From: a virus
Direction: 5' to 3' (one strand)
Length of the DNA: 64,000 bases
Virus record (IMG/VR): IMGVR_UViG_3300025093_000002
Coordinates: 28,089 to 92,088 of that record
In this document: piece by piece, positions 63,590 to 64,000 of the stretch
Layout: every line of letters begins with the position of its first letter
How positions within the stretch are numbered: the stretch's first letter is position 1
Program-made: the position numbers and the translations under genes
Notes under the pieces: generated by a model
Told to the model about the DNA's origin: nothing
Seen by the model: only the letters and a program-made list of their open reading frames with translations
Databases searched by the model: none

Positions 63590-63988
63590 ATGGGGCGCGC
63601 TCTCGTCATCATCAATTCGGACGCCGAACGCCACAAGGCCATGTCTTGGCTGCGTCAAGCGCCGTGGAACACCCGCGTCGAGTTCAAGGGGCCAAAGCGC
63701 ACCTTACCCCAGAACGACCGCCTCTGGGCCATGCTGACGGACGTATCCACTCAACTGACGTGGCACGGCGTGCGGCTTTCGCCCGACGACTGGAAGCTCA
63801 TGTTCCTCGACGGCTTAAAGCGCGAATTGCGCGTGGTGCCGAATATCGAGGGCAACGGCTTCGTGAACCTGGGCCGCTCGTCGTCCGACTTGGACAAACA
63901 GGAGATGAGCGACCTTTTCATCATCATCGAAGCGTTCGGCGCAAAGCATGGCGTCACGTTTCACGACCGTCAGGAGCGAGCCGCATGA
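63590..63988 (+). CDS. ninB: NinB-family protein
   Basis: Near-identical to 13145-13543. Confidence 0.85.
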   Translation: MGRALVIINSDAERHKAMSWLRQAPWNTRVEFKGPKRTLPQNDRLWAMLTDVSTQLTWHGVRLSPDDWKLMFLDGLKRELRVVPNIEGNGFVNLGRSSSDLDKQEMSDLFIIIEAFGAKHGVTFHDRQERAA

Positions 63989-64000
63989 GCCTCCCCCTCA

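Larger units (their letters stand above)
16958..64000. mobile_element. Prophage B (podovirus-type; lysis, virion, packaging and early regions; continues past the window)
   Basis: Full structural module plus a second cro/cI switch and recombination module colinear with A. Confidence 0.85.

Noticed and set aside
1-64000. Terminal redundancy or concatemer of a single phage
   Set aside because: The two early regions have different repressors, operators, recombinases and MTases; only patches are near-identical

Overview
The whole window is temperate-phage DNA; gene content and GC-rich codon usage suggest an alphaproteobacterial, probably rhizobial, host. It is best read as two related but heteroimmune prophages in tandem. 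Prophage A (1-16,910) contributes only its early, immunity, recombination and integrase region. An attP-like junction follows at 16,911-16,957: the 3' half of tRNA-Lys(CTT), flanked on both sides by TGTAAAA arm-type repeats. Prophage B (about 16,958 to beyond 64,000) has a lysis cassette, a complete T7/BPP-1-like podovirus virion module and terminases on the minus strand, morons, and a second early region colinear with A. The two early regions differ in repressor, operators, recombinase and methyltransferases. Highlights: (i) both phages appear to carry a split replication initiator, with an HTH gene plus iteron-like repeats next to cI and a stand-alone C-terminal domain about 7 kb away; (ii) an HNH endonuclease has inserted into the endolysin gene and supplies a recoded replacement 5' end; (iii) a transposase-less IS1595-type element (26-bp TIRs, 8-bp TSD) carries an orphaned Panacea antitoxin; (iv) a C5-methyltransferase has a nested alternative-frame subunit; (v) there are several candidate structured RNAs; (vi) conserved junction sequences recur between swapped gene cassettes. 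Protein family calls come from motif recognition by eye, not database searches.
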